Below are positions 26,419 through 38,619 of a stretch of 64,000 bases of DNA, in pieces (within the stretch, counting starts at the first letter, position 1; every line of letters starts with the position of its first letter). The notes beneath the pieces are model-generated. The model saw only the letters and a program-made list of their open reading frames with translations, had not been told where the DNA came from and did no database searches. Location: positions 24,118,001 to 24,182,000 of the forward strand of contig NC_045706.1 in the NCBI RefSeq assembly GCF_009834535.1. Reading direction: 5' to 3'. A program made the position numbers and the translations under genes. The stretch comes from Camelus ferus. Taxonomy: Eukaryota.

Positions 26419-26615
26419 GGAATTTCCTTCCAGTGATAATATGTAGCTACATCCCTCTGCCATTCAAGGAACAAGCAGTGGGGGAGATGGAAAGCACAGC
26501 CTCTGGGATGGCCACAAGGGTCTTGGGCTGGGACTAGGGACAGCTTTATTGAGGAAACCTGAAAATTCCCGTAATGGGGGTGATAGGGAGAGACGAGACA
26601 TCAGTATTGTGCAAT
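26419..26615. promoter_or_regulatory. Composite NF-kB/STAT/C-EBP element upstream of MIR146B
   Basis: GGAATTTCC 26419-26427; GAAAATTCCC 26561-26570 overlapping TTCCCGTAA 26566-26574; ATTGTGCAAT 26606-26615. Confidence 0.55.
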
Positions 26616-27849
26616 AGGTTGGGGGTGGTGGTGCTGGGGAGTGGTGAGATGGCCTAATCTTTAGAGGGCTGGCAGCTACCCATCACCCCCTTCCCAGGGG
26701 CCTGCTTGGCCAGAGTTCAAAGTGGCTGTTACCCCACCCCTCATTAACCCCAGCAGCGCCAGGCTGGCAGCAGCAGTGCTTTTATGGGAGACGCGACGAC
26801 GCCAGAGGTGCTCCCTCCTTCGTCTCTCCCCTTTCCTGCCCCCTCTCCCTAGCATCCAACTTGCTCTCTTTGAGGCCAGAGGACCCTGGTGGGGAGGTGG
26901 GAGTCTGCAGTGAGGGACAGGACTGGAAAAAGGCGCAGTGATCCCATTTTTGTCCATATTTAGACACTGCCTCAAGTCCATAGGGAAGAAGAGAGGATGG
27001 GACTTTCTACCTTGGGCTGTGAGCTCCTGAAGGCAGGGACACTCTCTGGGTCCCCAGCACCCTATAAGGGGACTAGCTCTGAAAGGGGGCTCATCTCTGC
27101 TGCCTGGGGGTGGACTAGCTTATCCTTGAAGGGAACTCTTTCCCTCATGACCCACTGAAGGCTTCCTGGGAAGGGAAGGCTGTGGGCTTCCCCATACGGT
27201 AGCACTGGGAAGCTGCCCTAGCAGAAACAGAAAGAAGCAGCCGAGGCCTTACTGGGTTCTGGAGTTCAGCTGTCCTGTCCGGAATGAGAAGCCCTGCCAA
27301 CACCGGTAGGAAGGCACTAGGGTAGGTTTGGTCTGCTGGCCGTCCTGGATCCGGACTTAGATCAGTCCTCACTCTGAGCACCTGCTGCCCTCCGACCCCA
27401 GATCCCCATACAAACCAGGCTCCACGGCCCCAAGACCCAGAGCCTGTAACCAACCGTAATCTTGGGGAAACATCACTGTTAAAGGAGTGCAAAGGGGACA
27501 GAATATGGTGAGAAAGTCGGCACCTAAGATTGATGGATGACAGGGCTTTAATCTAGACTGCACAGAAGAGGGAGAGACACTGGGATTTGGTGAAGAACAC
27601 CAGGTCTAGGAGTAGGGACCACCAGAACCAACAAGGGAGCCACGGCCCTGTGGAAGGATGGGAGAGACAAGGAGAGGAGCGGGAAAGCTATAGAATTTTA
27701 GAGGGGAGATTTTGGGGCAAGGAAATAATGCAGATGGTAAGTCACTGGGTGGGGTCAAAATATTCTCGGTGTCGGGCAGCTGACAAGGAATTAGGAGGGC
27801 AGTCACGGAGACTCCACCCATTGGAGGGATCCCCACGCTTAACTCCTCC

Positions 27850-28400
27850 TTACCCTATACAAAAATGGCCGCCGCGGGAGCCCATTCAAAGCTCTGGGAC
27901 AAATGAGAATAGCCTCAGGGGCCACGCCCTGTTATGGGCATTTGCCCTTCTTAAAAATGGCTACCACGGCGCTTCNNNNNNNNNNNNNNNNNNNNNNNNN
28001 NNNNNNNNNNNNNNNNNNNNNNNNNNNNNNNNNNNNNNNNNNNNNNNNNNNNNNNNNNNNNNNNNNNNNNNNNNNNNNNNNNNNNNNNNNNNNNNNNNNN
28101 NNNNNNNGGCTAAGAGAGTCGCGGAGAGCTTTGGCCCAGGGTACCTGTTCTGTGTGTCTCCCCACAGCACCCCTTGGGGCCCGCCGGACCCCCATCTGTG
28201 ATTCTCTCTGTGGCCTGTATCATGGCACATCCTAGCTTGCTCAGGCCTCCCTCGTCATGTGTCCCCCAGGGCCGCAACCTCATCCCTATGCCGTTGGGCC
28301 CACTATTGTGAACCTTACGGGTACCCCGCTAGTTTGTTTAGGGAGCTCCCGCTTCAGGGGTGGGCCATCATCGTGGTCCCACTTCCTGTGCTCCCGCTCC
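27850..28400 (+). promoter_or_regulatory. CUEDC2: CUEDC2 CpG promoter; exon 1 probably inside N-run 27976-28107
   Basis: CpG-rich, with YY1-like AAAATGGCCGCC 27862-27873 and AAAATGGCT 27954-27962. It is the only CpG island upstream of CUEDC2 exon 2. Confidence 0.6.
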
Positions 28401-30289
28401 CTGCCCCCCATTTGTGCTCCCGCCTGACTTTGGATGCCAGAATTCCTGTACCCCTCAATGTCCTTGGCGCCTCTGAGAGCTGACTTGGGGGTCAGGGGAC
28501 AATAATGTCGTCTGGCACCTGCATTATGGGTCTAGGGCCCCAGGAGCCTGGCTTCGTAGGAGCTGGGGGAAGCAGTGAAGACCTCATTAGATTCTAGAGC
28601 CTCTGAGTGCACCAGGACTTACTCCACACTGCTTCCCAGGACTCCTGCCCCCACATGGCCTTCTGTTCACCTTTCACCTTGAGCACCTCCCCACCCCAGG
28701 GGAACAGCGTTTCACCCCAATCTCACTGAAATTTGTCCAGGCCTAAATGGAGCATCTGGAGAGTCCTGGCCTGTGTCTGGTCCCGGGGACACTCTGAGGC
28801 CAGCTGGGGGCAGTGAGGATGGGGCAGTCTGCGGTGGCTGCAGGGAGAAAGTGAGTCCTGCAGAATGAGAGGCAAAGGAAAAGACATAATGAGTGGGGAG
28901 AATGGTGTGAGCAAAGATTCTGAGGTAGGCAAGAGGGCCAGCCAAGCAGGAGAGGAGGATCAGAATACAGACTGGGGACTCGCCGTTTGCATCATGAGAG
29001 GTGATATAGTGGCGGTTTACAGTGAGGGTTCTGGAGCCAGACTGCCTGGGTGTAAATCCGCCGTTAACTTAGTGTGTGGTCCTGGGCAAGTTACTTAACT
29101 TCTCAGTGCATCTGTTTTCTTTTGGGTAATTGAGATAGCATGATAATATTAGTTTCTATATTTTAGGGTAATTGTGAGGATTAGTTAAATGAGTACATGT
29201 AAAGTGCATAGAACAATCCCTGGCACACTGTAAGCAGTCAGTGAGTGTTAAATATTACTGTTATTAGAGATGTTGAGACAGGACTCATGGCAGGATGACA
29301 ATCACATTTCATGGGTGCCACTAACCAGTGAGCCCTGATTTGGAGCCCCCAGGAAGTAATGGGGTTCTGTGGACTATGTCCAGAGTTTAAAAAGTCTCAT
29401 GGAAATCACATTCTAACCGTGGAGAAGGTTGGCTGCTCAGGCTACAGCTTCAAGGACTGTAGAGGCAAAATATTAGAAGCCTCTTAGTAGGAAAAAAATG
29501 CTGAGGAAGCCTAAGGGATGGAGAAGGGTGAAAGAAAGAAGTGGCAAGCTTTGAAGGCTGAATAAAGTTTCTAAAAATGGAGGAAGGGGGATGTTCCCTT
29601 AGGAGACATGCTACAGCAAAAGCTCAGGAGAGGAAAGACTTTTATTTGGGCACAGTGAGGTGTTTCCCAATGATAACTGCCTGGCCCTCAGACCTTGGTT
29701 AGAAACCTAGGGGGCATCAGACACATTCCTGAGGGCTTCTTCTCTAGAAACTGGGCTTTCATGCAGCATCCATGGGCCTTTGTCCCAGCAGAGGTTGGCA
29801 AGCTACTGATAGCAGCCAGGATTTAGTGTAACCCAGGGTGGACGTAGGTCTCCATAGGGGGAGCTGCATGATGGAATCTGGTATGCCTGGTCTGAGCAGT
29901 TCTGCTCCTCCCCAGGGCCCATGCTAGGGTCTGGAGCAAGAGGCTGGCCTCTCCCTGGCAGTATAGGGCTTCTCAGTCCTGCTGTCCAAAGTGACCGCGT
30001 GCTGTCACAGCAACTGTGTGTTCCCACTCAGGGAGCCAGGGAACTGTGATTATAGATAGTATTCTTGTCTCAACCCACTTGGAAGTCTTGATATCCTCCC
30101 ATCCCCAGAGTGGGCCCTAGAACATACACTCAACTAGGTGTCCTAGATTTATCTCTTGACTACCACAGTCAAGCCAGGGGACTTTGGGAAAGTCATTAAA
30201 CACACTGAGCTTCAGTCTCTTCATTTGTACAGCGGGGAGTAACTGTTTCAGTGTCTACTTCACGGGAGACACTGAGTGTACATTGATGA

Positions 30290-32680
30290 ACAAGCCAGGT
30301 GTCTAGTCCCTGCCCTCATAAAACAAGTGGAAGAAACATTCAGCATTGCCTCAATCATTTTAAAATTATAGCTGTGAAAGGTGCTAAGTAAGGAAAAGTG
30401 CAGTCTGCAATGAGGGTGTAAGATGAAGGGGACTAAACCAGTCCTAGAGGGTCAGGGGCAGCATCCTTTGAAGGAAATTGTAAACTGAAACCTAAAAGGT
30501 GGAGGAGTTAGCATGTGAAGGGGTAGAGGTGGGAGGTCACCCAGGCAGAGGAAGCAGTTCATGTAAAGACCAATGCCATGAAAAAGTTGGAGTACTGACA
30601 AGCTGAAAACAAGCCAGGGTGGAGGGGAGTGATCCAGGGAAGGTGTGATACATGGTGAGACTGGAGAGATGTAGGCAGGGGTAAGGCCCTTAATCGAAGG
30701 CCACAAAAAGAATCTGGACTTATCTGGAGGGAAGTGGGAAGTCATTGATAGGTTTTAAGCAGGAAAAACATGATTTTTGGTAAATATCATACAACAGTGA
30801 CCTTTGTGGAGAATAGGTTGTTGGGCGAAGGATGGTGGTAGGGAGGAGGGTTAAGAAGCTCTTGCAGTTAAGGCAAGAAATGGAGCAGAGTGGGAGTAGA
30901 GATGGAGAGAAGTAGATGTGTTGAGAGATAATGGTCAGGGCTTGGTAACTGACTGGATGTAGAAGGCAAGGGGTAAGATGGTGTCAAGGATAATCCCCAG
31001 ACTTGTGGCAGGAACAGTTGAGTGCATGGACATACATATACTGAGGACAGCCTTGGAGGACTAAAAGACGGGAGAACATCAGTTTGGGACATGTTAAGTC
31101 GTCCATCTGGAGGTATCAGAGACATAGATGTACAAGTGTGTAGCTCAGAGGAGGAGACTGAACTGGAGGGTTGGACATTTGGGAAATGGTGACATGGAGC
31201 TGGTACACGAAGATGTGGGCCCAGATGAGATCTTCCAGAGAGAGAAGGTGCAGACTGAGGAGGGAGGAGGAGCAGTGCTGAGCCTGAGCTTTGCTGCCAC
31301 ATTTAGAGGGAAGCAGAGGAGAGAAGGCCAGAGGAGGGAGCCTGGGAAGAAATGGCCAGAAAGGTAGAAGAGAAGCAGGAGGGCATGATACTCCGAGACC
31401 AGTATTGATGCTGCCTGAACGGGCAAATATTAGGTGAAACCATAAGAAATTGCCTTCTTCTCTTTTATCCTTTTTCTTCTCTTCCCCTTCCTTTCTTCCT
31501 TTCTACCTTTTTTAAAAAAAAAATTTCTGTGGGGGAGGTAATTAGTTTTATATATTTATTTTTTAATGGAGGTACTGGGGATTGATCCCAGGACCTCGTG
31601 CATACTAAGCATGCACTCTACCACTGAGCTATACCCTCCCCCGCATCTTTCTTTTTTAAGACCAAAACCAAGTAATATTGGCAAGCTCATATTTAGACCA
31701 AAACCTGAAGAAGCAACTCATAACCTTAGCCTGAGAAATTTTAGTAGAGAGGTTGAAGCAGAAGCCAGACTGAAGCTGGGGAGAAGGGGAGAGAATGGAG
31801 AATAGTAAGGAAATAGAATCAACAGGACTTGGTGATTGACTGATTGTAGCAGGTGGGGTTGAGAGAGGGTGAAATCAAGGGTAACCCCCAGGTTTCAGGT
31901 TTGGCAGCTGAGTGAGTGAATGGTTGTGTCACTCAGTGAAACAAGAGGAGGTGCATGTTTGGAGGGAGGTGTGCACAGATGGGGAGGATATAGTAAGTTT
32001 GGGGCAGGTGGAATTTGAGATGCCCCTGAGTCTTCTGAGTGACATGATGAGCTGACATTTGGACCTATGTGTCTGGAGCAGTTCATTACCACCTACGTGT
32101 TCCTGACTCCCAAATAGAGACTTTAGGGAGTCAAAAACATATAGGTGGGAATGAAATAAGTAAATAAATATTTATCAAGCACTGACTAAGTGTGGGCATT
32201 TTTCTAGGTGCTAGGGCTATACCAATGAATAAGACAAAGCCTCCCCCCACACACACACACACCTCCCTCTTGGAGCTTATGTTCCATCGGGGAAGGTAGA
32301 AAATAGGCAAATCAACATAAAATAACATTAAGCTGTATTATATGCTGTATAGAAAATAAAGTGGGGTAAGGGATTGGGGAGTATGAGGATGCTTGTTTGG
32401 TAGGTTAGTCAGGGAACGTCTCTGTGGAGGCACAATTTGAGCAGAGCCCTGGCGGAAATGAGAGGTCAGCCATGTGGATATCTGGAGGAGATAGGTAGGA
32501 AGAAGCTGGGCAAGTTTGAGGAACAGCAAGGAGGCTGGTGGGGCGGGAGTAGAGTGAGCAAGGAGGGAGTGGTGAAGTTGGAGAGGTAAGCAAAGGCCAG
32601 ATCATGTAGGGCTCCACAGGCCTTGGGAAGGAGGAGGGAAAGCCCTCTGTAGATAGCCCCAAGCTGCTAGAAGGGCAAGG
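30290..32680 (+). mobile_element. Long run of degraded L2 fragments in CUEDC2 intron 1
   Basis: L2 motifs such as cagtttgggacatgttaagt, gtagctcagaggaggagactgaactggag and gccagatcatgtagggc. Boundaries approximate. Confidence 0.6.
31508..31642 (-). mobile_element. tRNA-derived SINE (Vic-1-like)
   Basis: ggaggtactggggattgatcccaggacctcgtgcatactaagcatgcactctaccactgagctataccctcccc. Confidence 0.85.
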
Positions 32681-33251
32681 ACTGGGCAGGAAGAGAGAAT
32701 TCATGAAAGACCTCTCCTTCTATCTGGGCCCCAGAGCCAGAAAAGCCCCTTTGTGCAGAAGGTGGGTGGCCCATTCTGGTTGGGGGAATGGCTGTGCTCA
32801 GTCCTGAAGCCTGTGCCTAGAGGGGCTGGACAATGGGCCCCTTGTGGTTGGACTTGGGGGCCAAATGGCTCTCTCAATGATGGGATTCCTCAGCCAGGAG
32901 GCATGTGACCCCAAGACCTTGGCTTCTTGCCAGAGGGTCTGGGCCTATTGCTTGGGAATGGGGTGGGGTGAGGGAAACCTCCACTCTGGAGACTTTCTTC
33001 TGAGACAGTGTCCTGCCCTGTCTCAGGCTGGAGGAGGTGGAGAGATAGACAGGGAGGGGTTGTAGCTCTGCTTGAGAGAGCGGGGGAGGGCTGGAGAGCT
33101 GGAGAGCTGGAGGCTATGGGCAGTGTCAACAAATGGTTTTCACAGCAGGGCAGGAGGGAGGAGCTGGCTGCCCCTGGACCTAGTGAGTAGAGGGAGGCAG
33201 AAGAGGGCCTGACAAGCCTCCATCTTGTGTCCCTTCAGAAGAGGAGAGAGC

Positions 33252-35029
33252 ATGGAGCTGGAGAGGATTGTCAGCGCAGCCCTCCTGGCCTTTGTCCAGA
33301 TGCACCTTCCAGAAGCTGACCTCAGGTAGAAGCTGCCCTCCTAGAGGGATCATGGTTGGGCCAGGGTTGGAGCTGCTGGTCAGTACTCTGGGCCCTGGCC
33401 AATGGAAAGACTGGGGTGGGAACTACTCAGCCCTATTCCTGATGTGGGGGTACTGATTTTGATTTGCTGGTATGGCCTTACCTCTCAACCTGTTCCTGTC
33501 ACCCTTGTTGACCAAATGGGAAACCAAGGCTCTGAGGGAGGGTGGGATACTCTCTGGCTTTAAGGCTTACTGTCTGGCTCATGGACCCCATGAAGCCAAG
33601 GGCTAGAGTTCCAGGCTAGGTAGGGATGCTGGAGGTAACAGGGCTTGTCCTGTTTCCTTCCTACAGCGGCTTGGATGAAGTCATCTTCTCCTACGTGCTT
33701 GGGGTCCTGGAGGACCTGGGTCCCTCAGGCCCATCAGAGGAGAACTTTGATATGGAGGCCTTCACTGAAATGATGGAGGCCTATGTGCCTGGCTTCGCCC
33801 ACATCCCAAGGTGGGGCCTGGCTGGGGCCAAGAGAGGGTGGGGGAGCTGGCTGATCGTGGAGGGTGGGCATAGCTGTCCTCTTATCACCCCCCTTGTCTT
33901 TTCAGGGGTACAATAGGGGACATGATGCAGAAGCTCTCAGGGCAGTTGAGTGGTGCCAGGAACAAAGGTGAGTCTGGGAATCAGGCATTTGGGTGACTCA
34001 AACCCTCATCCCCAAAGCCCTGGCAAACCTGTTGCTCTCTCTGCCTTTTTAAGAGAACCTGCAACCAAAGAGCTCTGATGTCCAAAGTCAGGTATCCATA
34101 TCCCCAGAGCCCTTGCAGAGGCCTGAAAAGCTTAAAGAAGAGACTAGGTCTTCTCCTGCTGCTGCTGCTGCTGCTGGGGATACCCAAGATGAGGTACTGG
34201 TAGAGGAGGTTACCAGTGAGGGAGCTGGGGGGCAGGAAAAGAGGAAGTATTACCTTTTGTCAACATTTATGCCCACAGGCAGCCGGCACTGAGGAGGAGC
34301 TGCTGCCGGGGGTGGATGTACTCCTGGAGGTGTTCCCTACCTGTTCGGTGGAGCAGGCCCAGTGGGTTCTGGCCAAAGCTCGGGGAGACTTGGAAGAAGC
34401 TGTGCAGATGCTGGTAGAGGGGAAGGAGGAGGGGCCTCCAGCTTGGGATGGCCCCAACCAGGTATCCTCTGCTAGACCCCCGCACCACATGTAACCTGAG
34501 CTATGTTCCACCTTAGTAAGCCCCCGCCCCTAGCCTATCCCCATCTGCTTCTCCTACTGGTGCCCTAGGGCCTAGACTGGGCTTCCTTCTCTGCAGGACC
34601 TGCCCAGGCAACTCAGAGGCCCCCAGAAGGATGAGCTGAAGTCCTTCATCCTGCAGAAGTGAGTCTGGGCTGGGCTGGGTCGGGCTGGGCCCTTAGAGGG
34701 TCTCCCCAGAATGACAGGAGTTTTACCCAGCTAGTTTTTGGCAGGTACATGATGGTGGATAGTGCAGAAGATCAGAAGATTCACCGGCCCATGGCTCCCA
34801 AGGAGGTGAGACAGTTGGGGCTGCTAGGGGTGTGGAGTGGGTCCAACTGTCTTCTGTTACTCAATGCGTTATTGCCTGACAGGCCCCCAAGAAGTTAATC
34901 CGGTANNNNNNNNNNNNNNNNNNNNNNNNNNNNNNNNNNNNNNNNNNNNNNNNNNNNNNNNNNNNNNNNNNNNNNNNNNNNNNNNNNNNNNNNNNNNNNN
35001 NNNNNNNNNNNNNNNNNNNNNNNNNNNNN
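33252..35029 (+). CDS. CUEDC2: CUE domain-containing protein 2
   Basis: Exons 33252-33325 (acceptor at 33239), 33667-33810, 33906-33967, 34054-34193, 34279-34461, 34597-34658, 34745-34805, and 34883 into the gap. Translation [16 protein letters not shown]...[21 protein letters not shown]...APKKLIR. The end lies in N-run 34906-35037 and is estimated from the human length. Confidence 0.95.
34156..34176 (+). repeat. (CTG)7 coding repeat giving poly-Ala6 in CUEDC2
   Basis: cct gct gct gct gct gct gct ggg = PAAAAAAG. Confidence 0.9.
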
Positions 35030-35186
35030 NNNNNNNNCCAGACTCTGCCCGAGCCTTCTAGGCTCAGATCCCAGAGGGATGCAGGAGCCCTACACCCCCA
35101 TACAGGGCCCACCCAAACTCCTGTTCCTTTCTTTACCTAATTCTTGCTCCACAGTGTTAACCTCCTCTTGGAGCTGCCATGGGGAC

Positions 35187-35192
35187 AGTAAA
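35187..35192 (+). terminator. Candidate CUEDC2 poly(A) signal (AGTAAA variant)
   Basis: The only hexamer-like signal I saw between the CUEDC2 stop and the FBXL15 3' end; followed by a GT-rich stretch. Confidence 0.45.
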
Positions 35193-35324
35193 GGTAGCTC
35201 CGGGAAGATGTGAGTGCATTCTGTCATTTCATAGCTGGGGTACTGTGTCTGTCTGACCTCTCCCAACCTCACAACCCCGATCTCCAACAGGGCAGCAGCA
35301 CCAGGCAGAGGGGGTAAAAAGCTC

Positions 35325-35330
35325 TTTATT
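35325..35330 (-). terminator. FBXL15 poly(A) signal AATAAA
   Basis: TTTATT on the plus strand, about 115 nt past the FBXL15 stop. Confidence 0.8.
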
Positions 35331-35445
35331 GGAAGCTTCAGGATTGGGTAGGGCATTGGCCTCTCACCTGAGACCCCCACAGTTCAGTTTCCCTACAGTT
35401 CATAGTCCCTGCCACATAGTCCAGCTGTGCCCATCGGCAGGCGTG

Positions 35446-37334
35446 TCAGACCTGCAGGTTGACAAAGGGTGCAAAGCCCGCCATGTCCTGCAGCAGCACC
35501 AGCGCCTGATGCAGGGGCGGTTCCACGTCGATGTCGACGCCGCGCTTCCGCAAGCGGCTCAGGCTGGGCTCCGCCACATGGTGGCAGTGCCGCACCCGCA
35601 GTGAGCGCAGTGCCGGGCAGTACTCCGCCAATGTCCTGGGGGAGGAGAGGGGTGAAGCTAGGGGCATGAAGCCGCTACACCCACGGTGGGGGAGCCAGCA
35701 AAGCTCCGTCTCCCTCCAGCTCTGGGCATACGTCTTTCCTCCGGACATGAGGGAAGGGGCCTGGATTGGAGTCATACACTCAATGCCTCCAGTGAACCGG
35801 TGACTTCCTGTCTCCTAAACAGCGAAACTGCTTCTCAGCTGCGACCAGGATTGCAAGGTTTTCCCCGCGTTGAAGAAAAGCCAGAACTCTTTGTATATGA
35901 AATCTCCCAGTGTGTAAATACTGATTGAAAAAAAGTTTTTAAACTCTGGGCTCCCCTAAGTTAGGCATTCCTAGAGGCTCTTCCTGATCAGAATAGGGGG
36001 GCCATGGTAGCAGGGAGGTCCAGAAACCTCAGTTCTGCCTTTTGAAAGCTACAGCCCGCTTCTACCCCCAGAAGCTAAGTAAGTGACTGCCCTCCTCCCA
36101 TCCCACCGACCCCAGGCCCAGGCACCTGACACCGTCGCTTCCGACGCGGAGGCAGCCGGTTAGGTCGAGGTGCTCGAGTTCTGGGCAGTTCCGAGCCAAT
36201 TCCTGGACAGCGGCGTCCCCCACATTGGCATTGACCGCCAGCGAGAGGATGCGGAGGCCTGCGCCTCGCCTCTGCGCCAGGTACACGATGGCCTCATCCT
36301 TGAGCTGTCGGCAGGCGGTGAGGTCCAGCTCCTCGAGGGCTGGACAGCGGTCAGCGAGGCCGCGCAGCGCCAACCCATCTACCCAGTCACAGTGCGCAAG
36401 CGATAGGCGCTGCAGGCGGGGGCAGCCCTCGGCCAGCGCCCCTAGCGTGCGGCGGCTCAGTTGCCCGCAGCCGGCCAGCGCCACACTCCGAAGCTGCGGA
36501 TTCCGCGCCAGCACCGGCACCAGATCGTCGTCCGACAGCCATTCGTGACATGGCGCCAGCGCCAGCTCCTGCAGCCCCTCAGCGTCCCGCAGCAGCCAGG
36601 CCAATGCGGCCCGCGGGATCTGTGGACCCACCTGCCGGGCGGGGAGGCACCTTGACTCAGCTGATACTGGGGGCAGACGCTGCCTACCGCCCCTAAGGAG
36701 TTCTATCCTGGCAGCAGGTCGCCCTCGGGGCTTGACATCTGCCCTCCCAGGAGATACCCCAAGCACCCTCTGAGTTGATTCCTGGTACTCGCCCTTTGAG
36801 GGTACTTCACGCTGGGTGGATTGCTTTCCGGGCATTCCTGGAGGCCCAAGGGGGATCCGGAAGGGGAGACAGTGGGGCTGGGGGTTCAGGGCTGGGCCGG
36901 AGGCAGGGCAAGGGCAGGACCCAGAAGGGGGCGGGGCTCTGGCCACTGGCTCACCTGAGCGGCGTCGAAACGGCGCAGCCCAGCCAGGTGCAGCTGCACC
37001 AGCGCCCGGAAGGCCCGGCTGACGCGCTGCAGCCGGAGTAGCTGGCGCAGTGGAACCCGGCTCAGGACGTGTGGGAGCAGCACGTCTTCCCAGGGCAGGT
37101 CCAGGAGCCTGCGGGTAAAGGGGCGTTGACGGCGGCGTCCCCGGGCCGCTGTTACCTGCGAGTTCGCCTCCGTTATGCTCCTGAGCCCCGGCACCTATAA
37201 GCGGCCCCAAAACACGGCCCTGGTTCGGCTTCCCTCCACCAGGTCCTTCTTCCCTCTCTCGGCCCCTTCGCTGCTCGGTACCTGACGGCTCCGGGCTCTT
37301 GCTCCCCTCCGGACGGCTCCATCGGTGGCTCCAT
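35446..37334 (-). CDS. FBXL15: F-box/LRR-repeat protein 15 (300 aa)
   Basis: Exons 37334-37282, 37108-36955, 36631-36126 and 35635-35446 total 903 nt. Translation [33 protein letters not shown]...[13 protein letters not shown], with F-box followed by LRRs. Confidence 0.97.
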
Positions 37335-38619
37335 CGGCGGTCTACTGCGCGTGCGCAGTAAGGTCTTCTCGCTTTGGCCTTGGAGCGGCTGCAGCGAACC
37401 CGCCTACTTGGACTGTAGGGACAGACCGAGTCAATCGAGTGCCGGCTCACTGAGGCTGCTATCGGAGAGCATTCCGGACGGATACTGAAACTGAGGGCGG
37501 AACAGACCAGTGGTGTAACTTTAGACCTCGCCTTCTCTGCTACAGAGCTTGAGACCTGAGGCTGAAGAACACGGTGATGCAGCAGAGACTGGCTTCTTTT
37601 TTCGTTTGGGGCCAGTGGTCGCCTCTAAGGAAGTGATGGGAGCAGCAGGCAAAGCCTAACGTAAAGGGGCGGGGCCAGGACTCCAAGGTTCTGGGCCTAC
37701 TTTCTCTGCCCTCTGGTCGCTTTTGGCGAGTTTGAAAAATGGGGAGAAACTATCCAGGCTCTTACTGTCTGGCACGTAGTAGATGCCCAATAATTGTTGA
37801 ATGTATTGAATGGGCAAAGCTGGAATTTTTCTTCCTTCATCAAGCAAACTTGCCCCAATTTTCCATCCCTGGTTAACTGTGAAGTACAGTGCTATCTAGC
37901 CCTTTCCACTCTTTGAAGATTTGGAACGGGTATACACTTTGGTGGGAGAGATATAAGGGGCGCAAAGAAGGCTTATATCTCCAGCCAGGTCCCTTTCCTT
38001 TACCCAGAAGGTCTAGAGCCCTGAAAAGAATGAGTGCTCAGTTCAGCACGCCAGGAATACTGCTTCTCGGTTGGCCTGGGGTTTTAGTTGTAGGGTCTAG
38101 GGCTGGGTCCGCCCAGAGGTAATGACCCCCACCAGAGCTCTGAGCTCAGAGACTCTGGGCTGTCCACTCACAGCATCCCCAGATCCTAGTTCAAGGGTCT
38201 GCTCGCTTTGGGGAACCCCTGGAGCAGTGTTTTCCCCATCATCCATTGGAAGGGAGGGTGTGAAGGAGGCTGAGGGTTACTGCTGTCCCTGAGAGCTCCC
38301 CCTCACCAGCAGGGTTGCGCTCTCCCTTCATCCAACCGTTTCGCCTGCCTCTTCATAAGGAAAACTGCTTCTCAAACATTATCTTATCAGGGCTTTGGGC
38401 TCCTCTGCAAGATGAGCAGGTCTGTTCTGTCACTCCACTTTAAAGGTGAAACTGAGGCCCTCGAGTGGAAGCGCCTTGTCCGGGGTCAAGCGCGTCGGGA
38501 TAAAAACTTAGGCATTCTGATTTTCCCCGAATTCCTTTCCTACTCCTCCACCTTCCTCCACCCCACCCACCATGCAGCGAGAAGGGAGAAAACAGCATCG
38601 CGAAAGGACCAAGAAGGGT

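Noticed and set aside
36062-37450. 462-aa ORF in the track
   Set aside because: Read-through of GC-rich intron and UTR into FBXL15 exon 3. Only 36631-36126 is real coding, as defined by splice sites.
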